DNA of 39,452 nt from assembly GCA_023511555.1 (NCBI GenBank), contig JAIMBG010000003.1, positions 1 to 39,452 of the forward strand. The letters are read 5' to 3'. Source of the DNA: Acetobacteraceae bacterium (GTDB lineage Bacteria; Bacillota; Sulfobacillia; JAIMBG01). Positions 1 to 10,930 of this stretch are shown piece after piece. Numbering within the stretch: the stretch's first letter is position 1; each line of letters starts with the position of its first letter. A program made the position numbers and the translations under genes. The notes beneath the pieces were generated by a model. It worked only from the letters and a program-made list of their open reading frames with translations. It was not told the origin of the DNA and did no database searches.

Positions 1-790
1 GGATGCCGAAGTCCTGGAACCAGGAGATGAAGCGACGCACCACGGCGATGGGCAGCGCCTCGGGCAGGGTCACGAAGAAGAAGGCCGTCAGGCCCGTGTC
101 GGTGAGCAGCCGCTTGGCGGCGGCGATGCGGTCACGGAAGTGCAGCAGGTAGTCCAGCAGCGGGTCGGCTTCCTCCTGCTTGCTGTAGGAGAGGAGGCGC
201 CGCAGCGAGCGGGCCTCTTCCCGGCTCTGCACCATCTTCTGCACCCACATGGAGTAGACGGCGGACATCCCCAGCAGCCTGCGGGCGTTGGCAGTGGGGG
301 CTGTGTCGAAGACGTAGACCTCGTACTCGCCGCGGAAAATCACGTCGATCATGCTCTCGAACATGGCCGATTCCTCGAAGGCCGGGTTCATGGTGGCCGA
401 CTCCACGAAGGCGTCGGCGCGGGTGCGGATCTCGGCGTACTTGAGGAACCAGTCGATCTTCTCCTTGATCTCCCGTTTGGACCGCTCGATGGTCTCCCGC
501 GTGTCGATCTCCAGGGCAGATAGCCCCTCTGCTCCCCGCACCGGTGTGACCCGGCCGAAGACGTCCTGGTCCAGCAGCCCGCTGAGGCTGTGCACCGGGT
601 TGGTGGAGACCAGCAGCACGCGCCGCCGCTGGGCCAGCCCCAGGGCCGCCGCCCCGGCCAGCACCGTCTTGCCCACGCCGCCCTTGCCGCCGAAGAAGAG
701 GTACTTCAAGGTGGGGCGGGCCTCGATGACGGAGGACAGCGGTTCCTCCACCAGATCCGCCCAGGTGGCGCTAGCTATCTGCACGCTCAC
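1..790 (-). CDS. ArsA/Get3-family ATPase (second paralog), 3'-truncated by the window edge
   Basis: Not in the ORF track. Manual translation from GTG at 790 gives MSVQIASATW...KYLFFGGKGGVGKT (deviant Walker A), LLVSTNPVHSLS (switch I), NPAFEESAMF, YVFDTAPTANA (switch II) and AFFFVTLPE. It overlaps the stop of the upstream paralog by 20 nt. Confidence 0.9.
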   Translation of the reverse strand, partial: MSVQIASATWADLVEEPLSSVIEARPTLKYLFFGGKGGVGKTVLAGAAALGLAQRRRVLLVSTNPVHSLSGLLDQDVFGRVTPVRGAEGLSALEIDTRETIERSKREIKEKIDWFLKYAEIRTRADAFVESATMNPAFEESAMFESMIDVIFRGEYEVYVFDTAPTANARRLLGMSAVYSMWVQKMVQSREEARSLRRLLSYSKQEEADPLLDYLLHFRDRIAAAKRLLTDTGLTAFFFVTLPEALPIAVVRRFISWFQDFGI

Positions 791-1766
791 GTCCGTCTCC
801 CCCAAACATGGCATCGGCCATGCGCGCGATCATCTCCAGCCCGGTGACGTCCCGCTCGAACTCCGGAATCCAGGCCAGCACCTGCCCGCCGAAGAGGTCG
901 CTGATCTTCCGCAGGTAGCCCTGCTGCATCTGCAGCCGGTGCCGCAGGTAGTCGGGGATCTCCTCTTGGGCCAGGGCTTCGGGCAGCACGCGGTTGACGA
1001 TGTACCCGCTGATGGGGACCTGGAAGCGAGAGAAGAGCTGCGCCGCCTTCTGCGTGTCCAGCAGGACCATCTCCTCGGGTACGATGACGAAGAAGAAGGC
1101 TGTCCTCGCCTGGTCGGTTAGGATGCGGCTGCTGGTGGTGATGCGCTGCCGGATGTCCTGCAGCTCCTGCAGGATCAGGTCTTCTTGCAATTGCTCCCCC
1201 TTGAAGCGGGCGGCCATCTCCGCATACTGCTGCATCTCCTCGCGCAGCCGGGTGATGCGCTCGATCCACTCGTCGTATACGCTGGCCATGCTCAGGTAGT
1301 AGAGGGCGTGACCCAGGGGGACCAGGTCGTAGATGAAGTAGTCGTACCGTCCGGCCACCACGATGTCAACCACCTGGTCGAAGATGGCGCTCTCCTCCAT
1401 GGCCGGCTCGGCCGAGGCCGCGGCGATGTAGTGCTCAATCTCATCGGGCACGCGGTCGAAGCCGTACATCTCCAGGATCTTGCGACGGATTTGGTCCTGA
1501 TACTCCTTGATGTGCCGGTCGGCGTCGATCTCCTGGGCGAAGAGGCCGGGGATGATCTCTACGGGCCCCCGCCCGTAGATGTCCCGCTGGAAGATGTCGG
1601 AGAGGGAAGCCTGGGGATCCACGGAAAAGACCAGGACCTTGTACCCGCGGCGGGCCAGGTAGTAGGCGGTGGCCGCCGAAAACGAGGTCTTGCCCAGCCC
1701 GCCCTTCCCCCCGTACATGATGTAGCGCACGTCAGGGAACTTCTGAAAGAAAGCGGCCAGCGACAC
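771..1766 (-). CDS. ArsA/Get3-family ATPase (first paralog)
   Basis: GGKGGLGKTS Walker A, SVDPQASLSD, EPAMEESA, YDLVPLGH, FFFVIVPE and IVNRVLP. GGAGGAGGTG SD before the GTG. Confidence 0.92.
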   Translation of the reverse strand: MSLAAFFQKFPDVRYIMYGGKGGLGKTSFSAATAYYLARRGYKVLVFSVDPQASLSDIFQRDIYGRGPVEIIPGLFAQEIDADRHIKEYQDQIRRKILEMYGFDRVPDEIEHYIAAASAEPAMEESAIFDQVVDIVVAGRYDYFIYDLVPLGHALYYLSMASVYDEWIERITRLREEMQQYAEMAARFKGEQLQEDLILQELQDIRQRITTSSRILTDQARTAFFFVIVPEEMVLLDTQKAAQLFSRFQVPISGYIVNRVLPEALAQEEIPDYLRHRLQMQQGYLRKISDLFGGQVLAWIPEFERDVTGLEMIARMADAMFGGDGRERADS

Positions 1767-1795
1767 CGCACTTCACCTCCTCCGGTGGGCCGGGG

Positions 1796-2185
1796 TCAAA
1801 ACAGCGCGTCGGTGAGGTCCTTCTCCCTCAGCATCCGCCGCTTCCAGGTCGCGATCTGCGGCACCACGTAGGGGAGCAGCCTCAGGGAGTAGTAGGGGGG
1901 CAGTATGGGCACTCCCAGAAGGTCGCCCATGGTGATGAGGATGAAGAGGTGCTCCATGCTGGACCGCGTCTTGAGCGCAAAGCGCGTCATGTCATGGGCG
2001 GCCATGCCGTAGACGAACTCCTTGACTATGCTCCCCACCGTCTCCCGGGGTTTCTTCTCCCCTGCGCCCTTAGCGCCGGCCCTCCCCGGGCCCTCGCCGG
2101 CAGCCTTCGCCGGGCCGCCCCCTTCGGCGGGCCCGGCGGCCTTCTCAGCCGCAGGCCGCTTTCTGCCTCGACCCAGGAAAGCCAC
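1796..2185 (-). CDS. Small CstA/ArsA-associated protein with a hydrophobic C-terminal segment
   Basis: Lies between cstA and arsA. C-terminal part MEHLFILITMGDLLGVPILPPYYSLRLLPY resembles, from memory, small proteins found in cstA-arsA clusters. Start placed at GTG 2185 after AAGGAGGG; the ORF track extends to 2215. Confidence 0.75.
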   Translation of the reverse strand: MAFLGRGRKRPAAEKAAGPAEGGGPAKAAGEGPGRAGAKGAGEKKPRETVGSIVKEFVYGMAAHDMTRFALKTRSSMEHLFILITMGDLLGVPILPPYYSLRLLPYVVPQIATWKRRMLREKDLTDALF

Positions 2186-2275
2186 GATGCCACCCTCCTT
2201 CCCCGTGGCGGGCAAAGGGACCGGGACCGGGCCCTGCAGGGGCCCGGCCCCGGCCCCGTGGCCGAACCCCGAACC

Positions 2276-3964
2276 CTAGTCCGCAGCGGCCGGGGCCTTC
2301 TTGGCTTCGGCCCGCTTGCGGTAGAACGCGCCGACGCCGTCCACCGCCAGCACGATGGCGGCCACGATGAGGAATATGCCGATGGCGGCGGCGATGATGT
2401 TGCCGCCCACCTCGACCCCCAGCGTCCGGCCGGCGGCGGGCTTGATGGTGCCCGCATACAGCTTCATGACCTTGATGATGAGGGTGTAGCTGGTGTAGCC
2501 CAGGGCGGCGATGGTGGTGACGAGCATGAACCACATGGGGCCGTATGTCCACCAGAAGTTCTTCTTCTGGCCGGCCAGCCAGATGGAGGCCAGCAGCAGC
2601 CCCAGCGCCGCCATGAGCTGGTTGGCGCCGCCGAACAGCGTCCAGATGTAGCTGAAGGTGCCCGTGACCACCAGCACCCAGGTGATTAACAGCGCGATGA
2701 GGGTGCCCACGTGGGGGTTGCGCAGGAACCCGGCCTTCTCCGGCGCCAGGTCGGCCGTGGCCACGCGGGCGAAGCGCACCGCGAGCTGCAGCACGGTGAT
2801 GGCCAGGACGACGAACATGGCCCCGGCGAAAGCCGCCCCGAAGCCGGAGGGGATCTTGAGGAAGGCGAGCAGGTTCGCCATCCCGCCCACGAACACCGAC
2901 GCCGGGCCGGCCTTAAGCGCCTCCTTGTAGGCGCCGAAGGTGGCGAAGCTGGCGGCTATGATGAGGGCCACCGTGGCCAGCACCATCTCGGTGAACATCG
3001 AGCCCGCCACCACGTACCGGGTGTCGGTCTCACGCTCCAACTGGCGGGACGTGCCCGAGGCCGACAGCAGCCCGTGCCAGCCGGATATCGCGCCGCAGGC
3101 GATGGTCACGAACAGTATGGGCCACAGCGGCCCGGCGCCGATCTTCCAGGTGGTGAAGACCGGGGCGCTGAACTGGGGATGACCGATGAAGATGCCTATT
3201 ACCGCGCCCACGATGCCCAGGAACACCAGGTAGAAGGCGATGTAGTTGACCGGCTGGGCGTATGCCCAGATGGGGAGCACCGCGCCCAGGTAGCTGAAGA
3301 ACAGGGTGTAGAGCAGGAGGATGTGGAAGTTCAGCTTGATGGGGAGCACGGTGCCCGCCCAGATGCACACGAACGACAGCACCACCATGATCACCGTGGT
3401 AAGGATGAGGTCCCACCGGGCCCGGTAGATGAGGAGACCGGTGCAGATGCCCAGCACCATGAGGCCGAGTATGGCCAGCGGGATGGACGTGGTGCTCATC
3501 ATGGCCCGGGTGATCATGTCGGCGAACGCGGCGCAGATGAGGATCAGGTAGAAGTAGATGAAGGCCAACAGCACGGAGCGGGCGCGGGGCGATATCAGGC
3601 GGTAGCTCAGGGCCCCGTAACTCTGGCCCTCGTTGCGGATGGAGGTCATGGCGGCGGCGTAGTCGTGCGCCCACCCGAACAGCAGCGTCCCCAACACGAC
3701 CCAGAGCAGGCCCGCCAGCCAGCCCCACTGCATGGCCACAATGGGCCCCACCACCGGGCCCAGGGCGGCGATGGACTTGAACTGGTAGCCGAACAGCACG
3801 TGCCGGCTGGTGGGCATGAAATCCACGCCGTCCATGTACATCTTGGCCGGCGTCACCTTGTTGGGGTCGGAGACTATCACCCTGCGGTCTATGTAGCGGA
3901 CGTAGACGTAGTACCCGAAGAATGCCACGACGAGGGCGATAGCCATAGCCAGAGCGGAATTCAT
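2276..3964 (-). CDS. cstA: Carbon starvation protein A (CstA-family peptide/pyruvate transporter)
   Basis: TPA..YMDGVDFMPT, FKSIAALGPVVGP, GWAHDY, LFVTIACGAISGWH and IWTLFGGANQLMAAL, plus many TM helices. ATG at 3964. Confidence 0.93.
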   Translation of the reverse strand: MNSALAMAIALVVAFFGYYVYVRYIDRRVIVSDPNKVTPAKMYMDGVDFMPTSRHVLFGYQFKSIAALGPVVGPIVAMQWGWLAGLLWVVLGTLLFGWAHDYAAAMTSIRNEGQSYGALSYRLISPRARSVLLAFIYFYLILICAAFADMITRAMMSTTSIPLAILGLMVLGICTGLLIYRARWDLILTTVIMVVLSFVCIWAGTVLPIKLNFHILLLYTLFFSYLGAVLPIWAYAQPVNYIAFYLVFLGIVGAVIGIFIGHPQFSAPVFTTWKIGAGPLWPILFVTIACGAISGWHGLLSASGTSRQLERETDTRYVVAGSMFTEMVLATVALIIAASFATFGAYKEALKAGPASVFVGGMANLLAFLKIPSGFGAAFAGAMFVVLAITVLQLAVRFARVATADLAPEKAGFLRNPHVGTLIALLITWVLVVTGTFSYIWTLFGGANQLMAALGLLLASIWLAGQKKNFWWTYGPMWFMLVTTIAALGYTSYTLIIKVMKLYAGTIKPAAGRTLGVEVGGNIIAAAIGIFLIVAAIVLAVDGVGAFYRKRAEAKKAPAAAD

Positions 3965-4168
3965 CCTCCAATCCCCCCGTAACGTGGAATCCGAGTTGAA
4001 TCCCCGCCGCAAGCTCAGGCTTTCTGCCCCTCGAGCACCAACCGGGCCGCCTTACCCTTCCCCTCGAGGCATCACCTCCCTCGCCCCCGCGCGCGGTGCC
4101 CAGGACCACGGGGCCCTTCCAGGCGCCCGCGCCGTACCAGGACATGAAGGACTGCACCGGGCTAAGAG

Positions 4169-4196
4169 TTTCTCTGGCAGTCCTGCCCGTTCCTTC
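4169..4196 (-). promoter_or_regulatory. SigH-like promoter candidate for the cstA operon
   Basis: GAAGGA-N18-GAAA on the minus strand about 200 nt upstream of cstA. Same pattern as six other operon heads in the window. Confidence 0.4.
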
Positions 4197-4396
4197 CTGT
4201 CGTCAGATTTTTCTGTGGGGGCGAAGGGGTCAGCCACCAGGAGGGAGCGCCTGCGATGCCTTGTGTGGGGCCGGCACGCCGCTACGCGGCCAGTGCGCTC
4301 ACCCCCTTGGCCGTCGCGGGTACCGGGCACCCGCGCCACGACTTCCAATGCATGCCGGCCCGTTGCGGGCTTCGCGTCGCCGAGAAGGCTGGCACT

Positions 4397-4425
4397 AAAG
4401 GAAATTGGGAGAAGATGTGGAACAA
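4397..4425 (+). promoter_or_regulatory. SigH-like promoter candidate for the PHP-ATPase/Schlafen pair
   Basis: AAAGGAAAT-N11-GTGGAACAA, one mismatch to the Bacillus SigH consensus RNAGGAWWW-N11/12-RNNGAATWW. Confidence 0.5.
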
Positions 4426-4497
4426 TAAAGGGGGACGGGTGACAGAAGAGCTCAGAGAAACCCCGGGGAGGCCGAGAAGGAGGGGAGGCGCCCGGGA

Positions 4498-7266
4498 ATG
4501 AACCAGGGAGGGCCCAGCACCAATCCGGAAAGTGGCGGTGGATGCCCAGGCCGGGGTGCGGTTTGGCACCGGGTTGACCTGCACCTCCACAGCCCTGGTG
4601 TGGAGAGTTTCGCCTGCCCCTCCGGAGCCAACCTCAGCAGCGAGGCGGGGCGTGCAGAGGTTGTCGAGAAGTATCTCGCGCAACTGGCGAGCCAGAACAT
4701 CGGCGTCGCAGCGATCACGGACTACAACGGCATACGGCTACACTGGTTCGAGCTTCTCGCCGCTGGGGCCGCAAACCGTGGCATGGTGCTACTTCCAGGG
4801 GTGGAACTGTCCTTCAGGTCGGCCGGGAAGCACGGGCTTCACGTGCTAGCCGTCTTTGACCGCGACGCAGATTGGGCTGGGATCAACCGGTTCCTGCAGG
4901 CCCTGGACAGAGACCCCGCTACCCCGCTGTTCACGGACAGGCTACATCGCGACATTGACCCCAGAGGCAGCATCGCGGATGTACTAAAACAGGTGAGAGA
5001 CCGCTTCAATTGCCTGCTCATTTTTCCCCATCCGGAAGGGGATAACGGTTGCTTCAAAACCTTCAAAGCCCAAGACGCAGCTCGACTTCTGAAGGAGGTA
5101 CGGCCAGACGCAATAGAACACTTTCCGACGGTCGAAACCAGAAAGAAGGCGGCCGTTGAGGTGCTCGGTCCCGACTTCTGGCGCTACCTGTCGCTGGTCG
5201 AGTTCTCGGACGCCAAGCGCATTGAAGAAGTCGGCACCAGGACGTTGGCCGACGGGAGCCCCCGTGCGACCTTCATAAAGCTCAGCGCCACGGACGTGAG
5301 CGCTCTTCGGCTGGCACTCCACGACCCAGCAACGCGCCTGAGCATCGGCGGAATCCCGCGAGCCCCCCATGCCAGGATTGTAAGCACCGCTGTCGAGGGC
5401 TCTGGGTTCCTCGGCAATATCAGCATTGAGTGGAACGATGACCTTAATGTGATCATTGGAGGCAGAGGGGCCGGGAAGTCGGCCATTCTCGAGACGTTGC
5501 GCTACGCTTTGGCACTGTCTCCCTATTCGGACGAATCGTCCCGGATCGACTTGGTCCGGCATGCTCTAGGCAGCGGGGGCAAGGTAACCGTGGTGTTAAA
5601 CCGGCCGCTGGGAGGCGTCAAGAGCCGCGAGTATGTGGTAACTCGAGTCCTGGGCGAAGAGCCCCGCGTAACTGAGGCTGACACAGGAAAGCTTGTGGCC
5701 ATACCCCCCCGTCAGCTGCTGGGCCCGGTCGGCGGCCCCACGATACTTGGGCAGCGAGAGATCCAAGCAGTCTCTCAGAGTACTGGCTACCGCCTGGCTC
5801 TCCTGGATGAACTCATTGGTGACGAGGCACGCGAGCGTGCTAACGCGGTTCGTGAGGCTATCGAGGAACTTCGAGCCAACGCGCGAGAGATCCTGGCCGC
5901 CCGCAAGGCCCTGGAGAAGCGAGAGGAACACCGCCAGCGCCTGTTGGCAATCCGGCATGAACTTGATGTCTATGAGAGACACGGCGTTGCAGACAAGCTT
6001 AAAGAGGTCGGCGATCTACGTAGTGACGACCAACTCTTACGGACCGCAGGGGATACCATCAGGACGGTCAAAAGCGACTGGTCAGCCATGTGTCAGGATC
6101 TTCTTGCCGCGCTGGACGCGGGACACCGCGGCTTGCTTCGCGGCCAGAGCAAGCAGAAGGCACTGCTGGAGGAAGCTGCCCGGACCCTCGCGGAACTGCG
6201 GGACCGGTTGGGGTCCCTCTCGAAACAGGGCCTGACCCTGCTCGACGAAGCCGACCGGGCCTTTGGGGCATTTAGAGACCGATGGAAGGAGCTTATCCTC
6301 CCTCTGGAGGAGGAGATCAACCGCATCAAAAGGGAGGTACGTACCGACGTCCTCGACCCGGACCGCCTCTTGAGATTGGTCGAGGAGCAAACCGCCTTGA
6401 TGCCTTTGCTCGAAGACCTGGACCGGATGGAACGGCGACTCGCGGACCTGCTCGAGAAACGCCGGGACCTGCTCGCCCGAGTTGCCGACCTCAGGTTAGA
6501 GGAACACAAGCTTCGCAGAGAACGGGCCGATGCCATCTCGAGACTGTTACAGGACCGTCTATTACTTAGGATAGAGTTCAAGGGGCACAGGGAAGAGTAT
6601 AAGAAGCGGCTCGCGGCTATGCTGAAGGGGGCGGGTTTGTACCCTGATGCAATTGACAACATTGCAATGGCAACTGACGGGATCCAGTTGGCGGACGCTG
6701 TCCAGGGGGGCCCAGAAGTGGTTCAAGAGCGCTTTGGGCTCACCCCCGCAATGGCTCAACGGTTGGTCAAGCAACTTACGGACGACGAGTCGAGACTCTT
6801 CGAGTTGCAGACCATTATACCCGCCGACGCTGTGGCGGTGTACCTAAGAGTGGACGACGAGTATCGGCCCCTGGAAAGGTTGTCCCTGGGTCAGCGCGCG
6901 ACCGCCATCTTGCTGCTGCTGTTTGCGTTCCAGGGCCGTACTCTGGTGCTGGACCAGCCCGAGGACGACCTCGACAACAGATTCGTGTATGACGACATAG
7001 TACAGATCCTGAGAGAGCAAAAGGGCCTAAGAGATCCTGGGCACCGACGCCAGATCATCGCCGCCACTCATAGCGCTAACATCCCGGTACTAGGCGACGC
7101 TGAACTCGTGCTTGCCCTGGAGGCGAGAGAGGGCCGGGCCCACATAATCGGCCGCGCGTCGATTGACGACGCGCGCATTCGAGAGCTGGTCAAGGCGGTC
7201 ATGGAGGGCGGCGAAGAGGCCTTCCGGCGTCGGGCGGAAAAGTACGGGGGGGTTCCACCCTCATGA
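4498..7266 (+). CDS. PHP-domain + coiled-coil ABC ATPase fusion (Ppl/TrlF-like, putative anti-phage protein)
   Basis: N-terminal PHP motifs DLHLHS, AITDYN, LPGVEL, HVLAVF and FSDAK. Walker A GGRGAGKS, long coiled coil, signature LSLGQR, Walker B/D-loop LVLDQPEDDLD, H-switch ATHSANI. Confidence 0.88.
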   Translation: MNQGGPSTNPESGGGCPGRGAVWHRVDLHLHSPGVESFACPSGANLSSEAGRAEVVEKYLAQLASQNIGVAAITDYNGIRLHWFELLAAGAANRGMVLLPGVELSFRSAGKHGLHVLAVFDRDADWAGINRFLQALDRDPATPLFTDRLHRDIDPRGSIADVLKQVRDRFNCLLIFPHPEGDNGCFKTFKAQDAARLLKEVRPDAIEHFPTVETRKKAAVEVLGPDFWRYLSLVEFSDAKRIEEVGTRTLADGSPRATFIKLSATDVSALRLALHDPATRLSIGGIPRAPHARIVSTAVEGSGFLGNISIEWNDDLNVIIGGRGAGKSAILETLRYALALSPYSDESSRIDLVRHALGSGGKVTVVLNRPLGGVKSREYVVTRVLGEEPRVTEADTGKLVAIPPRQLLGPVGGPTILGQREIQAVSQSTGYRLALLDELIGDEARERANAVREAIEELRANAREILAARKALEKREEHRQRLLAIRHELDVYERHGVADKLKEVGDLRSDDQLLRTAGDTIRTVKSDWSAMCQDLLAALDAGHRGLLRGQSKQKALLEEAARTLAELRDRLGSLSKQGLTLLDEADRAFGAFRDRWKELILPLEEEINRIKREVRTDVLDPDRLLRLVEEQTALMPLLEDLDRMERRLADLLEKRRDLLARVADLRLEEHKLRRERADAISRLLQDRLLLRIEFKGHREEYKKRLAAMLKGAGLYPDAIDNIAMATDGIQLADAVQGGPEVVQERFGLTPAMAQRLVKQLTDDESRLFELQTIIPADAVAVYLRVDDEYRPLERLSLGQRATAILLLLFAFQGRTLVLDQPEDDLDNRFVYDDIVQILREQKGLRDPGHRRQIIAATHSANIPVLGDAELVLALEAREGRAHIIGRASIDDARIRELVKAVMEGGEEAFRRRAEKYGGVPPS

Positions 7267-8450
7267 ACTGGGTGGAGCTTCGGGCCCGCATCGCCAAGTG
7301 GGAGGATCTCCATACGGAGTTCAAGGAGTGGCTACCGCATAAGGATGACGTAGCTGCGAGCCTGGTGGCGTTCGCAAACACGGACGGGGGGCAATTGGTA
7401 ATCGGAGTCACGAAGGAGCGTCTCATCAAGGGAGTCGACGACGCGGATGCTGTGGCTCGGCTGGTGGACGACGTTGCCACCAACAACTGCGAGCCGCCGA
7501 TCACGGTGATCCAGGAGGTCTTGTGGCCCGACAACCACGGACCGGGGGCCGAGACAACCCTCACGGCCAGACCAGTCCTGGTGGTGAACATCCCCAAAGG
7601 GGATCAGCGTCCGTACCGTACTAACCGGGGTGTATTCTACATCCGGACGACATCGGGGCGCCGCAGCGCGTCCCGCGAAGAACTGCTGCGCCTCTTCCAG
7701 GCCACGGAGAGCCTGTACTACGACGAAACACCGCTCCATCGCCTTTCCCTGTCTGACTTCGATTTTGACTCCCTCGACAGGTACCTTGAGGCCACGGGGC
7801 AGCGGCAGCTTCACGGCGACCCGGAACGCCTGCTGACAAACTGGGGCCTCTACCGCAACGGCCACCCCACAATCGCCGGCCTCGTCCTCTTTGGGCGCGA
7901 GCCCCAGCGGCACCTCCCCTTCGCTCAGATCAACGCGGCTCGCTTCCCCGGTAGGGACAGCTCCTTGGAACCGTCTGACCGGAAGGACCTGACAGGCAGG
8001 CTCCTGGACGTGATCGACCAGGCAGAGCGCTTCCTGGACCTCCACCTCAGGGTCCCCCACGAGATCCGCGGCTTCGAGCCCGAACCCAAGCCGGAGCTGC
8101 CCAAGGAGGCCCTCCGAGAGGCCATCGTCAACGCCGTGGCCCACCGTGACTACACGATCCACGGCCCCGTCCGGCTGTTCGTGTTCGACGACCGCGTGGA
8201 GGTCCACACCCCCGGCAAGCCCCCGAACACCGTCGACGAGGGTGCCATGCGCGCTGGAACCCACGTGGTCCGCAACCCGCGCATATACGCGCGGCTTTCC
8301 GACGCCGGCCTGGTCACGCGGGCCGGAACCGGAATCCCCCGCATCATCCGACTGGTAAAGCAGGCCACAGGCCGCGACATCGAGATAAACGTACGGGAGT
8401 TCGAGGTCCTGTTGACCATCCCCAGAACCCGCGCCGACTCCGCGCCGTAA
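7263..8450 (+). CDS. Schlafen/AlbA_2 domain + HATPase_c_4 (RecG_C-like) protein
   Basis: WEDLHTEFKE and VAFANTDGGQLVIGV (AlbA_2). ALREAIVNAVAHRDY, FDDRVEVHTPG and RNPRI..GTGIPRI (HATPase_c_4). ATGA overlap with the upstream stop. Confidence 0.88.
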   Translation: MNWVELRARIAKWEDLHTEFKEWLPHKDDVAASLVAFANTDGGQLVIGVTKERLIKGVDDADAVARLVDDVATNNCEPPITVIQEVLWPDNHGPGAETTLTARPVLVVNIPKGDQRPYRTNRGVFYIRTTSGRRSASREELLRLFQATESLYYDETPLHRLSLSDFDFDSLDRYLEATGQRQLHGDPERLLTNWGLYRNGHPTIAGLVLFGREPQRHLPFAQINAARFPGRDSSLEPSDRKDLTGRLLDVIDQAERFLDLHLRVPHEIRGFEPEPKPELPKEALREAIVNAVAHRDYTIHGPVRLFVFDDRVEVHTPGKPPNTVDEGAMRAGTHVVRNPRIYARLSDAGLVTRAGTGIPRIIRLVKQATGRDIEINVREFEVLLTIPRTRADSAP

Positions 8451-8473
8451 AAAAAGGCCGCCTCTCGGCGGCC
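8449..8473 (-). terminator. Intrinsic terminator of groESL
   Basis: On the minus strand: GGCCGCC-GAGA-GGCGGCC followed by TTTTTTT. Confidence 0.8.
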
Positions 8474-8602
8474 GTAAACAGACAGTCCTCAGCCCTAACA
8501 CAGCACGGCAAACCCAGGCCGGAGCCGCGGCCCGGCCCCGCGGGTGCAGCCCCCGGGCAGCCCTGCGGGGCCGGCGCCGGCGCGCACTTCCGCCCTCCCC
8601 GT

Positions 8603-10219
<1,617 letters not shown>

Positions 10220-10257
10220 CTAAAGCCCCCTCCCTCTTCGCCGGGTAGAGGTCCCGG

Positions 10258-10545
10258 TCACTCCACCACGGCCAGGACGTCGCGCTCGCTCAGGATCAGG
10301 ATTTCCTCACCCTCCAGCTTGACCTCGGAGCCGGAGTACTTGGAGAAGATGATCCTGTCGCCCACCTTGACCTCGAGGGGCACCTTCTCCCCGTTGTCCA
10401 GGACGCGACCGGACCCCACCGCCAGGACCTTGCCCTGCTGCGGCTTCTCCTTGGCGGTGTCGGGGAGAACGATGCCGCCCTTGGTCCGCTCCTCCTGCTC
10501 TATGACCTGGACCACCACCCGGTCTCCCAGCGGCCTCAGCTTCAT
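10258..10545 (-). CDS. groES: Co-chaperonin GroES
   Basis: [28 protein letters not shown] and VKVGD..FSKYSG. Confidence 0.99.
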   Translation of the reverse strand: MKLRPLGDRVVVQVIEQEERTKGGIVLPDTAKEKPQQGKVLAVGSGRVLDNGEKVPLEVKVGDRIIFSKYSGSEVKLEGEEILILSERDVLAVVE

Positions 10546-10595
10546 TCCCCAGCTCCCTCCTTACGTACCCGGCGTGACGCCCCCCCAGGGGCCTG

Positions 10596-10622
10596 TTAGC
10601 ACTCCAGGCCGGTGAGTGCTAA
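10596..10622. promoter_or_regulatory. CIRCE operator (HrcA binding site)
   Basis: Exact TTAGCACTC-N9-GAGTGCTAA between the promoter and groES. Confidence 0.98.
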
Positions 10623-10631
10623 CCCACCAAT

Positions 10632-10661
10632 ATAATAAACAGCCGCCCTCCCCCCAGTCAA
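10632..10661 (-). promoter_or_regulatory. SigA-type promoter of groESL
   Basis: TTGACT-N18-TATTAT on the minus strand immediately upstream of CIRCE. Confidence 0.75.
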
Positions 10662-10930
10662 CATACAATAGCGGTGCCTCTAAAGCCATCCAGCAGCACA
10701 CTCCGCCGCCGGGGGCGTTTAACCTCGCTCTATCTCGCCCTAGCTCCCTCGGACTCATGTGGAGCGCAGCGCCACCCCTCCGGCACCTCGAACCGTAGCC
10801 TGCCTCCCCAGGCTATTATTGCCCCCGCCGGTGCGCTTATGCGAACGTCCCGCCGCCTGCCCGCCCCTTCCAGGCGGAGGATGCGGGCCCCGCATCCGGA
10901 CGGCCCCCCGGCTCCCTGGACGGCGGGCAG

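Noticed and set aside
1-1766. Arsenic resistance operon
   Set aside because: No arsB/acr3/arsC/arsD/arsR in view, paralog A has no Cys, and the context is cstA.
1796-1798. TGA of the cstA-associated small protein as Sec (some cstA-linked small proteins end in CC/CU)
   Set aside because: The protein ends LTDALF with no neighbouring Cys, and the SD of the next gene follows closely; an ordinary stop is simpler.
3965-4340. Riboswitch or leader peptide (MPRGEG) upstream of cstA
   Set aside because: Hairpins exist (AGGACTGC/GCAGTCCT; CGCGGGT/ACCCGCG) but match no aptamer consensus I can recognise, and the GGAGGTG abuts the ATG with no spacer.
4389-4406. Sigma-54 promoter (TGGCAC)
   Set aside because: The -12 TTGC element is absent at the required spacing.
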